27,123 bases of DNA from Candidatus Bathyarchaeota archaeon (GCA_963770935.1 CAVYRJ010000018.1:1-27123), one strand, 5' to 3'; counted from the first letter of the stretch, positions 6,420 through 17,491 are shown. Made by a program: numbers and translations. The notes: a model not told the origin generated them from the sequence alone.

Positions 6420-7845
6420 CCGAGCGAACACTATAAACCCCGCAATAATTAGAACCCGCAACCTAACTGTTGAAGAACTAAAAAACCTTAATCTTCCGCT
6501 GATAATCCAAGGCAACTTTGTGATAATTGAAAGAAGCTTAAACAACTGGAAACTCAAAACACCCATAACTGTCGAACTTGACAAAATCTTAGCAGCCAAA
6601 GAAAAAGGTCTCGTTGATTACGTTATCCGCTCCTGCCTAAACGATAGACCAACCATAATTCCATACATCTTCAACAACGAAAGTTTACTCAAACTTTGCA
6701 GACATTTTCTGCGGCACTGCTCAAGCTCATACGATAGCTGCATACTATACTCAATTAATGTCCGAAAATACGCCGAATGGTTAAGCTATAGCCCAGACGC
6801 AATCATTAAAGATGCAAAGCCAGTTGGAGCAATTCCCGACCCATTAATGGTTCAGAACCACTGCGGATTTTTAAACGACTACTTAGCAGAGCTTCAAGAT
6901 TCAGGTCTTAAACCAGGATCTATCTGCAACTGCATCAAAGCCGTTAAAACCTTCTACCGAGTAAACGGCGTCAAAAAAGTAGAACTTGACGAGCCGCTTA
7001 GCAGAAAAGTCTCCTACAAAGACCGCGCACCAAAACCCGAAGAAATCACTACAATACTAGATAAAGCAGCAACGCGAGAAAGCTTTATCATCGCAGCAAT
7101 AGCATCAGGCGGATTCCGAGAAGGAACTTTTGTAAAACTCAAGTATCGACACGTAAAAGAAGATCTAGAAGCTGGACGAGTACCAATACACATCCATGTC
7201 GAGGCAGCTATCACTAAAGGAAAATACCACGATTATGACACTTTTATCAACACCGAAGCATGCAGACTGCTAAAACTCTACATAGACGAAAGAAAACATG
7301 GCACTCAAAAAATGCCTCCAGAACAACTAACAGATGAAGCACCACTTATTCGAAACAGCCGCATCGCAAAAAAAGTGTTAGGCGTCAGTGAAAAAGCCAT
7401 CAGAAAAATCGTACACGATTTAGCAGTTGAAGCAAAAGTTGCGCAAAAAATACCAGGCAGCTGGATGTACAGCGTTAGAACACATAGCTTAAGAAAATTC
7501 TTCAGGACGCAAATGAGCACAGCAAAAATCGACTCAGAAATCATCGAGTATATGATGGGACACACCATCAACACTTACACAGACGTTCAAAGCTTAGGTA
7601 TCGAAACGCTTAGGAATATGTACTCAGCTGCAGGTCTTGCAATCCGCTCTAAAACACAGACCAACAAAATTGAGCAGCTAAAAGAAATAATTCGAGCCTG
7701 GGGAGAGAATCCTGAGGAAATTCTATCACAAGACGCTCTAATGCGGGGAAATATAACTGAGACAAGCGAGCAAGCAACAAACCATCAACTATCAATTCTA
7801 GCCGAGCAACTCAAACAAGTAATTAAAAAAGAGGCCTCAAAATGA
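6412..7845 (+). CDS. int: Tyrosine recombinase / phage-type integrase
   Basis: Catalytic set R (GGFREG), K (ITKGK), HxxR (HSLRK), H (MMGH), Y (NTY); ends 34 bp from the tRNA 3' end. Confidence 0.93.
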   Translation: MISRANTINPAIIRTRNLTVEELKNLNLPLIIQGNFVIIERSLNNWKLKTPITVELDKILAAKEKGLVDYVIRSCLNDRPTIIPYIFNNESLLKLCRHFLRHCSSSYDSCILYSINVRKYAEWLSYSPDAIIKDAKPVGAIPDPLMVQNHCGFLNDYLAELQDSGLKPGSICNCIKAVKTFYRVNGVKKVELDEPLSRKVSYKDRAPKPEEITTILDKAATRESFIIAAIASGGFREGTFVKLKYRHVKEDLEAGRVPIHIHVEAAITKGKYHDYDTFINTEACRLLKLYIDERKHGTQKMPPEQLTDEAPLIRNSRIAKKVLGVSEKAIRKIVHDLAVEAKVAQKIPGSWMYSVRTHSLRKFFRTQMSTAKIDSEIIEYMMGHTINTYTDVQSLGIETLRNMYSAAGLAIRSKTQTNKIEQLKEIIRAWGENPEEILSQDALMRGNITETSEQATNHQLSILAEQLKQVIKKEASK

Positions 7846-7879
7846 CTCCAAAAACAGTAGTTTTTCAATTCTGGAAAAA

Positions 7880-7977
7880 CGGGTCCGATGGGATTTGAAC
7901 CCATGACTTTCAGCTGTCTTCGCACCCTTAAGGGGTATTAGAAGGCTGACACGCTATCCGTACTGCGTCACGGACCC
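7880..7977 (-). tRNA. tRNA-Arg(TCT) with 23-nt intron at position 37/38 (intron 7916-7938)
   Basis: GGGTCCG/CGGACCC acceptor stem, TCAGC-CTTCTA^A-GCTGA anticodon arm, GGTTCAAATCC T-arm, CTTC/GAAG BHB helix; CCA not encoded. Confidence 0.95.
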
Positions 7978-8131
7978 ACAGGGCACTCTAAATGATGTGC
8001 TTCCAGATATAATTTTACCTATCGCTTTGAACTAAAACATGTCTGTTTAAGCAAGCGTTGATTAAAAATTAATTGTTCTTTATATGCTTAAAAATAATAG
8101 ATAATGGACAAAATCTCAGCTTAAAAGCGAT

Positions 8132-9239
8132 TTATGTTTTCCATCCTGGTCCAGCTTTTTTGCCGAAAGCAAGCACTTGGATATGTCCAACAACTATTAT
8201 TATCATCCAAATCGAGGAGTAGAAGAAATAATATACAAAAAGCTCATGCAGCTTAATTTGGAAACCCAATTTTCTTGAGAACCCATAGAAAACTGCGGCA
8301 GTAAACGCGAAACCCGACATTGAAATGAGTAGAATCTTTAGCACGTCAGCAGTTGCCAATGACAAAAGGAAAAGTGGCAAGGCAATATTGAATTTCACTG
8401 ACAAAAACAGTGAAACAACCAGTAGCGAATTGTACATCCAGAGGCTTGGAACAACCGCGCTTAAAAAGAACACGGCGACGGATGGGTAGAGGAAGAATAG
8501 GCTGGGCAAGAAAACCTGGGGTTTTTTAATGAAGCGTCTAGCTAACGGTTTGTACCAGTCTTTGAGCCATAACGCTTGTCCTATTGACCATCGCCTGCGT
8601 TGAGTAAGCCATTTTCTCCAATCCGAGTGGACCTCATTTTTTACTTCAACATCTGTAGTGTAGGCGAAACTGCTGTTCTCAAGGAAGGCGCGTGTAGCAA
8701 GGTCTATGTCCTCAGCAACAACTTTACGGAAGCCGTGGACTTTCTCGAACATTTCTCGTTTAATCGCGAAAGCAGCACCGTTTACTGCAGGGCACTTGTG
8801 CATGAATCTTGATGCCAGCCAAGCGCTTATGTTGAAAGTCAAATACTCGTAATAGGTCATTTTTGATAGGAAAGAATTATCTCTTGTAACTCTCTTCTTT
8901 ATGTCCAATATGTCTGTGTGCTGCATTTCCATGATGATTTTTCTGAGATAGTCAGGGTCGTTTGTTACGACGACGTCTGCGTCAAGGAAAAGCAGCACCT
9001 TTGCCAGTAGATAGTTTGACTGTGCTGTTTAGGGCGTTTGCTTTTCCAACGCGCTCCTTGTTAACGATGAATTGAACGTTCTCTTTCTCAAATTGAGGTA
9101 TTTTTTTTAGGAATTCTTCGGTTGGTTGGTCAACGGTTACAAAAATCTCTTTTGAAACATTCTGTTCGCCGAGCTCGTTTAGCATGCCTTCTAATTGACT
9201 GGATTCTCTGTAAATGGGGATGAAGATGCTGACGTCCAC
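8132..9239 (-). CDS. Family 2 glycosyltransferase (processive, membrane-bound type), frameshift near 9000
   Basis: ORFs 8982-9239 and 8132-8998 join: IFIPIY, GKANALN, FLDAD, AEDID, QRRRW motifs, C-terminal TM helices. Confidence 0.88.
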
Positions 9240-9346
9240 AACTAATCCTCAGTTATTAAACCACAAATGCATTGGGTTTATTCACTCTTGGCTTTTTAAA
9301 TTATTCTAGAATCAAAGGAGTAAGTAGTTGTTTAGCATGGTCAAAA

Positions 9347-10219
9347 CTAGAATTTCGTCGTAACCAATGCCACACCTAACACTGTCAAAACGATACTTAC
9401 GACCAACTTTGGGGAGACACGCTCAATCTTTCTCAGGTAAATAAAGGCAAACAACGCGACAAACACAGGTTCAATAGAGAGCAATGGGGTTATCACAGAA
9501 ACTTCATCAAAGCTTAAAGCGTAAAAACCCAGCATCCACGTGATTGCTTGACCAACGCCAGCAACCCAAAATAAGCGCATATCCCGCTTCAATGACAGCT
9601 CTTTTCTTGTGGGCACAGAAAACACCAGAATCCATAGAAAGGGCAGAAGCGAAGCTGTGTACGCAACGGCGACACCTAAAACTGGCGCGTCAAACTGGAT
9701 TAGTGCGTACTTACGCAGTATGCTGCCAACACCTAATGCTATACCGCCCATAACGGGATAAATCAAGTCTATTTTTGAATGTTTGTTTTGGTTATGGGCT
9801 TCGTGGCTGCTCCACTCAACCATTATTCCGCCTAAAAACACAAAAAGAATGCCAATCCAGTTGCCTGGCGCCAAAATCTCGGTAAGGAACAGCACGGCTA
9901 AGAGAGAAGTGTAGAGTGGGTAAATTGCGAAGAGAGATGAGTTGACTGATGCGCCAAGCTTTTTCATCCCCTGATAATACAGAAGCCTAACTAATCCCGG
10001 AGTTAAAACGCCGCTTAACGCAAAGAGCAAAATGCTAACAATGTTGGCTGACGAGAAATCAGTCAAAACCAATGCAAGCGGCCAAAGAACTAGCATTCCT
10101 ACCCAACTGATGGCTAAGCTGATGTTGAAAGTGCTTGATTGATTGGAGTATTTCCTAACCAGAACAACCGATAGGGCTGATGTTGCAGCTGATAGTATCG
10201 CCAAAGCTTCGCCAATCAT
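9347..10219 (-). CDS. EamA/DMT family transporter
   Basis: 290 aa, about 10 TM helices in two repeats. Confidence 0.88.
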   Translation of the reverse strand: MIGEALAILSAATSALSVVLVRKYSNQSSTFNISLAISWVGMLVLWPLALVLTDFSSANIVSILLFALSGVLTPGLVRLLYYQGMKKLGASVNSSLFAIYPLYTSLLAVLFLTEILAPGNWIGILFVFLGGIMVEWSSHEAHNQNKHSKIDLIYPVMGGIALGVGSILRKYALIQFDAPVLGVAVAYTASLLPFLWILVFSVPTRKELSLKRDMRLFWVAGVGQAITWMLGFYALSFDEVSVITPLLSIEPVFVALFAFIYLRKIERVSPKLVVSIVLTVLGVALVTTKF

Positions 10220-10334
10220 GCCTTTCCATGTGATGAAGCGATAATTAAGACTATTCGTGTTTAGGCTTTGCTAGCTTTTTTATTTTAAGTATATAGGTAA
10301 ATTATTATTTGTGACGTAAGATTATGTCAGCGTT

Positions 10335-11351
10335 ATGGTATGCGTTAAGGCAATTAGTTTGCTCTCAGGCGGCTTGGACAGCATCCTTGCCACAGAACTC
10401 ATTCGACGGCAAGGCATTGAAGTAATAACTTTTAACATTAAAACTCCATTCGGCATACCCAAAAAAGACGGAACCAGTGAAGCCGCCCAAGCTGCGGACC
10501 AACTAAGAGTCCCATTAAAGGTGGTCACTGTTGAAGGAGATTACTTAAAGATGCTGCGAAAGCCAAAGCATGGTTACGGCAGAAACCTGAACCCATGTGT
10601 AGACTGCAAAATCTTCATACTGAAAAAGGCAAAAAAATACGCCAAGGAAATTGGGGCGGACTTCATTTTTACAGGAGAAGTTTTAGGTGAGCGTCCAATG
10701 TCGCAGCATTATCCTGCTCTGAAGCTTATTGCTGAAGAATCAGGGTTGAAAGGGAAACTTTTGAGGCCGCTGTCAGCAAAGTTATTGCCTGAGACGGCTG
10801 CTGAAAAGAAAGGTTTAGTTGACCGAAACAAGCTGTTGAATATTCAAGGTAGGTCTAGGAAGCCCCAGTTTGAGCTTGCCAAAGAATTTGGGATTACGTC
10901 TTATCCTTCACCTGCTGGAGGCTGTCTTTTAACATGTGAAGAATACGCAAAAAAACTGCAGGACCTTTTCGATAATAAGAGACGTTTGTCCATGGCAGAT
11001 GTGGCTTTGCTACGGATTGGCAGGCATTTTAGACTAGGCAAAAACAAAATAATCGTGGGAAGAAACGAATCTGAAAACAAATTCTTAACCGCTAACAAAA
11101 TTCAGAGCGATTTCTATTTTGAACTCGCTGACATTGTTGGTCCAACAAGCCTTTTGCAGGGACCTAAAACAAGAATCGCAGTTGAAACAGCAGCTAAATT
11201 GACAGCCTTTTATTCAGACGCTAAATCTGGAGAAGTCACGGTGAAGTTCGGTAGAGAAACCCTCAACAAAACCATAACGGTAAGGTTGCCAGAGAAGGCT
11301 TATGTTGAAAAGCTTAGAATTAGAAACCTAAAGAAAACGGTTAAAAAATAG
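10335..11351 (+). CDS. PP-loop tRNA sulfurtransferase-like protein (ThiI/MnmA-related, DUF814-type C-terminus)
   Basis: SGGLDS PP-loop, PCVDCK, TGEVLGERPMSQ, PAGGCLLT, GRHFR motifs. Confidence 0.8.
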   Translation: MVCVKAISLLSGGLDSILATELIRRQGIEVITFNIKTPFGIPKKDGTSEAAQAADQLRVPLKVVTVEGDYLKMLRKPKHGYGRNLNPCVDCKIFILKKAKKYAKEIGADFIFTGEVLGERPMSQHYPALKLIAEESGLKGKLLRPLSAKLLPETAAEKKGLVDRNKLLNIQGRSRKPQFELAKEFGITSYPSPAGGCLLTCEEYAKKLQDLFDNKRRLSMADVALLRIGRHFRLGKNKIIVGRNESENKFLTANKIQSDFYFELADIVGPTSLLQGPKTRIAVETAAKLTAFYSDAKSGEVTVKFGRETLNKTITVRLPEKAYVEKLRIRNLKKTVKK

Positions 11352-11503
11352 TCCGTATTGTTTTACAAGATTGCAACACTTATCCTTTGACCAGACAAAG
11401 TAGCAAGTTGGGTTACTATATTGAGCTCAAAAGCTAACAGCATACTGAGGACGGACTCTGTTTCACTTTCATTGAGCAGTTATGGAAAGATCGCTAAAAA
11501 TAA

Positions 11504-12216
11504 TTATTCTTTCTTCATTGCTTCTGCTTTAAGCTCTTTAGGCATTAATTCGATAGCATACCTTAAAGCTGTTCTCGGCATAATTTTGCGGTTCATAATC
11601 ACATAATTGAAAACTTTCTTCTGGTGCTTTCGGCTTTCCTCTTTGAGCAGCCATCCATAACCCTTTCTGAACCATATCATCTCCATCTGTTAAGAGCAAG
11701 TCGCAGATTTCGAGCGCATCCTGCAAGAACAACCCTTTCTTAGCAGGAACAATAAGCGATACAGCTGAAGCCCGTTTGAGCCAGCGGTTTTCGCTTATAG
11801 CCCAACTCTTCATTTCCCCCACGATTTCTGGATATTTCTGGATTAGGTCGCCGATTGTGTGGTTGCAGAATCCGTCGCATTTTGCCCAATTGTTGATGTA
11901 GAGTTCAATCCACCGTTTGAAAGTTGCCAAATCGCTGGGCTCCAGATTATCCATGTAGTTGGGCAGCCAGAAGGCAACGATGAATGCTTCTTCAGTGTAA
12001 TCTGAACGATAAAGCTCCTCGCACAACGCAAAAATTGTCCTGTTTATCTAAAGTCTTTACTTGGCTCCAGTATTTCTTTGCTATTTTATCAACAGTCTCA
12101 GTTTTGACCCCGTAGAATTTTACTTGTTCTTTGAAGAAGCGCTGAAAACTCTTCTGTGTCTTTTGGTCTGTCGCAGCTTTGAGGTCTTTGCGGATTTGGG
12201 ATAGGATAGGGTTCAT
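11504..12216 (-). CDS. DNA alkylation repair enzyme (AlkD-like HEAT repeat), two frameshifts
   Basis: Three consecutive ORF pieces: FYGVK, NNWAKCD, W..SENRWLKRAS, DMVQKGYGWLLKE, MPRTALRYAIE. Confidence 0.85.
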
Positions 12217-12299
12217 ACAAAAAGAATCGATGGATTAGGAATAATAGCCTTTCTAGAATTAAAATAGAAATAAAATTCAAAATAAGTAAAGAGAGTGGT

Positions 12300-12587
12300 T
12301 TAGAAGTCTTCCATCTGGTAGAGACCGAAATCGATATTTAACGGTTTTTCAGGTCCACAGCTGTCTTCAAGGTCATAGAGGTGACTTGTAGCTTTTTCTA
12401 AACGGCTTTTTTTAACTGTCACTTTAGCTTTAACCATCCTGACTTTCATTTTCTCTTTAGGCTTACGCATAACATTGGATCCGCCAAGGACTAGGGTGTT
12501 GTCGATGATTTTTGGGGTAACTTCAACTTTGGCGTCTTCAATCAACAAATTAAGTTTCAGAGGATCTTCATTTATATTTTTAGTCAA
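12300..12587 (-). CDS. Hypothetical small Lys-rich protein, coupled to the upstream RHH gene
   Basis: ORF track 12300-12614; TTG at 12587 overlaps the end of the RHH gene. Confidence 0.55.
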   Translation of the reverse strand: MTKNINEDPLKLNLLIEDAKVEVTPKIIDNTLVLGGSNVMRKPKEKMKVRMVKAKVTVKKSRLEKATSHLYDLEDSCGPEKPLNIDFGLYQMEDF

Positions 12588-12735
12588 CGCCCTTGCGCCT
12601 CCAAACTTCAGCACTGATTAAATCTCGGATTGCGACTCGGATGGCTTCGGCACGGTTTGGATAGAACCGTTCGTCAACCAACTGGTCCAAAGCTTTTATA
12701 TACGTTTCAGGCAAATACAGAGTGATTAGTTTCAT
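12580..12735 (-). CDS. Small RHH regulator, CdrS-like, 51 aa (not in ORF track)
   Basis: MKLITLYLPETYIKALDQLVDERFYPNRAEAIRVAIRDLISAEVWRRKGVD; the (F/Y)PNR(S/A)EAIR motif is typical of archaeal CopG/CdrS proteins. Confidence 0.85.
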   Translation of the reverse strand: MKLITLYLPETYIKALDQLVDERFYPNRAEAIRVAIRDLISAEVWRRKGVD

Positions 12736-12947
12736 TAGGATTTCTCCCGTTAACTGGTGGGTTAATATATTAAAACGTATATTCTTGGTTATACTTCTAT
12801 ATATTATGTGGCAAATATGCTTATAACATGTTCGTTCTACTCTTTATAAAGGTTTGAGAGTGGGTACTGCAGTTATATGTCAATTCAGGCAGGATCAGGG
12901 ATTACGTTTTTATTCCCAGTTGAAGCAACTAACGTACTGATATCTCC

Positions 12948-14241
12948 ATGGTCTGGAAGGTTTTCATCAAAAACTTTGGGTGCTCCTCCAATGTAGCTGA
13001 TGGCGAAGTCTTAGCAGGTTGCCTAGCAAAAGCAGGATTCCACTTAACCACTACAGAATCGGAAGCTGACCTGCTAATCTACAACACCTGCGCAGTTAAA
13101 GGACCAACCGAAAATCGAATAATCAACGAACATAAAACATGCGCCAAAGGACAAAAAAATCGTGGTTGCAGGTTGCTTACCAAAGATTAGTTTTGAGCGG
13201 TTGCTGCGTGAAGTGCATTTTGATGGTGCAGTTGGTCCATCTGTTGGAGGAGAAATCGTGGATGTTGTTACACGTGTTCTGGCTGGCGAGAGAATAGTTG
13301 ACCTAGGCAATGAGGAAAAAAAACCATTATTGAGCCTTCCAAGGCAAACGTCAAATCCAGTGGTAAGTATTGTTCCTATCAACTATGGCTGCTTAGGCAA
13401 CTGCGCTTATTGTTGCGTGGTCCAAGCGCGAGGTCACCTCAGAAGTTACAGTATCCAAGAAGTCACAGAACGTGTGCAGAAAGATTATGCTTCTGGAGCC
13501 AAAGAATTTTGGGTAACTTCGCAAGATACAGCCAGTTATGGAAGAGATATAGGTACTGACCTTGCCGAGTTGCTTTTTGCGCTTGGCTGTTTGGGGGGCG
13601 ATTTTCGGGTTAGAGTTGGAATGATGACGCCAAACTTGGTTAAGGATATGCAGAGCAGGCTTATTGTGGCGTTTAAGGCTGAGAAAGTTTTCAAGTTTTT
13701 GCATTTACCTGTTCAAAGCGGTGACGATGCAGTTCTTCGTTGCATGCGAAGGTTCTATACCGCTGCTGAATTTAGAGAAACCGTTGATGCGTTTAGGGCA
13801 GACCACCCAGATTTAACGCTTGCCACAGACATCATCGTTGGTTTTCCAGGCGAAACAGCAGTAGCCTTTGAGAACACACTCAGGCTTTTGGAGGAAGTTA
13901 AGCCTGACATAGTTAATGTTTCAAAATTTTTCGCTCGACCTAAAACTGCCGCTTGGAAGATGAAGGATGGCTTGGTGGAAAAGGAAGAAATCAAACGCAG
14001 AAGCACCGTTGCATCAGAGTTGGTGAAGCGGCTTTCGGCAAAGAGAAACCTTCCTTGGATGGGATGGACTGGTGAAATACTAGTGGATGAGAAAGGCAAA
14101 GTCGAGGGTTCATGGGTTGGACGCAACTTCGCATACAAACCAATTGCCATAAAAAGCAATGACGACCTACTGGGCAAAACCTTGAAGGTTAAAGTGGTTG
14201 AGACTTTGGGAACCTACCTAAAAGGAGAATTAGAGGAATAG
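12948..14241 (+). CDS. mtaB: tRNA t6A37 methylthiotransferase (archaeal e-MtaB, radical SAM + TRAM), frameshift near 13131
   Basis: GCSSN, NTCAVK, AGCLP, CLGNCAYC, HLPVQSGDD, IVGFPGET, C-terminal TRAM domain. Confidence 0.88.
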
Positions 14242-14448
14242 AGCTTTAATTTCTATATTGAAGCAAGAAGGTTTCAAAGATATCCGTAAAACAAATTCCC
14301 ATAATATTCTTATTAATAAGAAAAAACAAGAATAGTAATATCCTTGCATCCAGGAAAGGACATTAAACTTGGATCACTAAGAGCGATCTAAGGGAAGCAG
14401 AGGGATGAATCGAGAAAAATTCCTCAAACTATTAAAGGAGAAATAAAC

Positions 14449-15867
14449 ACGACACTTTCAAATATTTGTCTTTTTAACACGTTAACGCGCAAAAAAGAAG
14501 TATTCAAGCCATTAGAAACCAATAAAGTAAAAATGTACACTTGCGGTCCTACAGTTTATGATTTTGCACATATTGGGAATTTTCGTGCGTTTTTGTTTGA
14601 GGATTTGCTTAAGCGTTGGATGGTTCAGCGTGGCTTTAAAGTTACTCACGTCATGAATCTTACAGACATCGATGACAAAACGATTAAAGGCAGCCAAAAA
14701 CAGGGTGTGCCGCTCCGAGAGTTTACGGATTTTTATGTTAAAGCGTTTTTTGAGGACATCAAAGCCCTAAATATTGAGCCTGCAGGCGTTTATCCTAAGG
14801 CCACAGACCACATCCCCGAAATGGTTGACTTAATAAATGCACTGATGGCAAAAGGTGTCGCCTACAAAGGCGAAGATGGCTCCATCTACTTCGCGGTATG
14901 CAAATTCCCAGACTACGGAAAATTATCACACATAAAAGTTGACGAACTTAAGGTAGGCGCCAGGGTCAGCCAAGATGAATATGCCAAAGAAGAAGCCCAA
15001 GACTTCGCACTCTGGAAAGCATGGACACCAGAAGACGGAGCCGTCTACTGGGAAACCGAATTGGGCAAAGGCAGACCAGGCTGGCACATCGAATGCAGCG
15101 CCATGAGCACGAAATACCTAGGCGAAACATTTGACATCCACTGCGGAGGCGTCGACAACATGTTCCCCCACCATGAAAACGAAATCGCCCAAAGCGAAGC
15201 CGCAACCGGCAAGAAATTTGTGAATTACTGGATGCATAATGAGCATTTGCAAGTGGAGGGCAAAAAAATGTCCAAAAGCTTTGGCAACTTCTACACGCTC
15301 CGCGACCTTCTCGCAAAAGGCTATGATCCAATTGCGATTCGATACCTGTTAATGTCTACGCATTATCGTCAGCAATTTAACTTTACATTTGAGGGTTTAG
15401 AATCTGCTAAGGGTGCGGTGGATAGACTTAGGAATTTTGTAAGACGTTTGCATGATACCGATGGCAAGGATAGCAAGGGAACAGTGGTTACTCTAATTTC
15501 GAAGCTTGAAGCTTGTTTTGGCGGCTCCATGGATGATGACTTAAACGTCGCTATAGCATTGGCATCTCTTTTTGACTTTGTGCGTGACATTAACAACCTT
15601 CTCGATTCGAACATGGTTAGCAAGGCTGAGGCATCAGATATCGGCGGTTTAATGATGCGTCTCGACGAGGTTTTAGGCGTTATAGGAAGAGTCGAAGTCA
15701 AAGAAGCCCTGCCTATTGACATTGATGCGTTGGTTCAGAAGCGTGAATTTGCACGTAAAGCCAAGAATTGGAAAGAAGCCGACGCCATCCGCGTGCAACT
15801 TAAATCGATGGGTATCATTCTTGAGGATACAGCGCAGGGTGTTCGGTGGCACAAAGAGAAAGCTTAG
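14449..15867 (+). CDS. cysS: Cysteine--tRNA ligase (true start upstream of ATG 14533, exact codon uncertain)
   Basis: [34 protein letters not shown]; in-frame upstream [14 protein letters not shown] matches the CysRS N-terminus. Confidence 0.95.
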   Translation, partial: TTLSNICLFNTLTRKKEVFKPLETNKVKMYTCGPTVYDFAHIGNFRAFLFEDLLKRWMVQRGFKVTHVMNLTDIDDKTIKGSQKQGVPLREFTDFYVKAFFEDIKALNIEPAGVYPKATDHIPEMVDLINALMAKGVAYKGEDGSIYFAVCKFPDYGKLSHIKVDELKVGARVSQDEYAKEEAQDFALWKAWTPEDGAVYWETELGKGRPGWHIECSAMSTKYLGETFDIHCGGVDNMFPHHENEIAQSEAATGKKFVNYWMHNEHLQVEGKKMSKSFGNFYTLRDLLAKGYDPIAIRYLLMSTHYRQQFNFTFEGLESAKGAVDRLRNFVRRLHDTDGKDSKGTVVTLISKLEACFGGSMDDDLNVAIALASLFDFVRDINNLLDSNMVSKAEASDIGGLMMRLDEVLGVIGRVEVKEALPIDIDALVQKREFARKAKNWKEADAIRVQLKSMGIILEDTAQGVRWHKEKA

Positions 15868-15884
15868 GTTTTGCCGCTAAAATT

Positions 15885-16643
15885 TCACTGGTTTTTTGTA
15901 TATTTTTCTTTGTAGAGTTTGTTTGCAGTTTCCAATTCGGTTGGCGTTAATTGACCTTCTTCTAGCTGGATTTTCAAAATTGCTCTAAAGCCCTGTGCCA
16001 ATGCGTTGGCGACTGTTTCAGGCATAACTTGGTGCCCCAGTTCACCTTGGATGCTTGTTATTTTGCGTTTGGCGATGTCGGCAGCTTGGGTGCAGTTTGC
16101 GCTTTTTAGTTTTAATAGCTGAAACATTTTTGGCAAATCAACACTCCGCAATATGGTTCCGTGTTGGAGGACGACGCCGTGGGTTATGGTTTGGCTGCTG
16201 CCTGAAATTTTTTTGCCGTTTACAGTTAGGTTTGGGCAGTTTTTGGCGTCTCCGCTGCTGAAATCGGCTGGAACGCCGAGAAGGCGGAGCGCGTCGGTTA
16301 TTGCGTCATAGATTTTGTAGTAAATGGTGGTTAAATCTGCTGTGCCTAAATCAGAAGTTTTGGCTACCACGCTGTAGGTGACTTCGCCCTCGAAATCGTG
16401 GTAGACGGTGCCGCCGCCACTGATGCGTCTTACAACATCAACTCCCAATTTTTTGCAGGAATCCAAATAAACCTCGTTTTCAGGATTTTGGTTTTTGCCC
16501 ACGCTGACGGCGGAAGGTTTCCAACGATAAAACCGCAAAGTATTAGAAACTTTCTCGTTGATTCGCGAGTTCAAAATTGCCTCGTCAATTGCCATGTTCA
16601 TAAATGCATTGTTTGTTTCTAGCGGAAGTAGACGCCATGTATC
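15885..16643 (-). CDS. lplA: Lipoate-protein ligase A family (catalytic domain)
   Basis: NMAIDEA, RFYRW, RRISGGGTVYHD, GKKISGSSQ, LQHGT; ATG 16643 (MDTWRLL) preferred as start. Confidence 0.88.
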   Translation of the reverse strand, partial: DTWRLLPLETNNAFMNMAIDEAILNSRINEKVSNTLRFYRWKPSAVSVGKNQNPENEVYLDSCKKLGVDVVRRISGGGTVYHDFEGEVTYSVVAKTSDLGTADLTTIYYKIYDAITDALRLLGVPADFSSGDAKNCPNLTVNGKKISGSSQTITHGVVLQHGTILRSVDLPKMFQLLKLKSANCTQAADIAKRKITSIQGELGHQVMPETVANALAQGFRAILKIQLEEGQLTPTELETANKLYKEKYTKNQ

Positions 16644-16814
16644 CATTTTCTCAATCCGTTTCAAAGGAAAAACTAAGATGAGATTAAAAACCGTTATGCT
16701 GTCTGAAAACTTTACTGTACAAACTCAGTGGGAATTATTTCATCTCATAATTTAATTTCTTAAAAAAAATCACTAAGCTTTTTTTGAAGTTGCAAAAATA
16801 ATATATATCTTTTA

Positions 16815-17459
16815 GTGAATAAGCTTTTGGGTGTCTGTTTGAAATCTAAACTTTCAGGAACTTGTTTAATTATCTTAATGATGGTCGCAGCAATGTCTAC
16901 AATTGGTTTTGTTCTTGCTCAAACCTCCACAGATCGAATCACGACATCTCCGTCGACAACGCCTCAGATGGTTTCCGTAACGGGGTATGGCTGGATTGCG
17001 CCCGTGGGGAAAAGAGATGACTTTAGCTTCTTTGCGAGAGGTGGAACACTTAAGGCTGATGGCTGGCGATATAACTCAAATGCTCAAGCAAGCTTCACAG
17101 GCAGAGACTTCAAAAACAACCAGTTAATTCAAGTTTGGAGCACCAAAGTCTGGCGATTTAGAATTGATAGTGTTGACGCTGGCAAAAGAACCATCGTTGT
17201 GGGTACAGCTACAGTAAAAATTGGACAGCAAGAAGTGAGAAGCAATTGGTGGTTTAGGATCACCGCAAGAGACGCAACAGAAGGTAGCAAAGACACATTT
17301 TTGATTCAGCTATGGAGACCAATCGGCGCAAATAACGCAGGCGGGTGGGCAGCTGGCATATTCAAGGCTGATAGACCGGGTAGCTTGCAACTTAATGCAG
17401 ACGCATTTTACCAGATTCAAGGCCTACTTAAAGGCGGCAACATAGCAATTAGACCATAA
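16815..17459 (+). CDS. Hypothetical secreted beta-rich protein
   Basis: Hydrophobic signal-like N-terminus, T/S/P linker, Trp-rich beta-strand pattern. Confidence 0.7.
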   Translation: MNKLLGVCLKSKLSGTCLIILMMVAAMSTIGFVLAQTSTDRITTSPSTTPQMVSVTGYGWIAPVGKRDDFSFFARGGTLKADGWRYNSNAQASFTGRDFKNNQLIQVWSTKVWRFRIDSVDAGKRTIVVGTATVKIGQQEVRSNWWFRITARDATEGSKDTFLIQLWRPIGANNAGGWAAGIFKADRPGSLQLNADAFYQIQGLLKGGNIAIRP

Positions 17460-17491
17460 GCGGCGGAAAAATTCTGCCGTAACCCATTTTT
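17460..17491 (+). terminator. Hairpin followed by T-run
   Basis: gcggcggaa-aaa-ttctgccgt stem (with G-U pairs) directly after the stop, followed by a T tract. Confidence 0.4.

Larger units (their letters stand above)
1..7880. mobile_element. tRNA-Arg-integrated element / genomic island (left boundary outside the window)
   Basis: Integrase convergent with the tRNA 3' end, regulator switch and accessory cargo; core genes resume beyond the tRNA; no second att copy seen in the window. Confidence 0.75.

Noticed and set aside
7871-7877. ctggaaa half-site beside the tRNA 3' end
   Set aside because: Only 7 bp and part of the oligo-T terminator region; not significant alone
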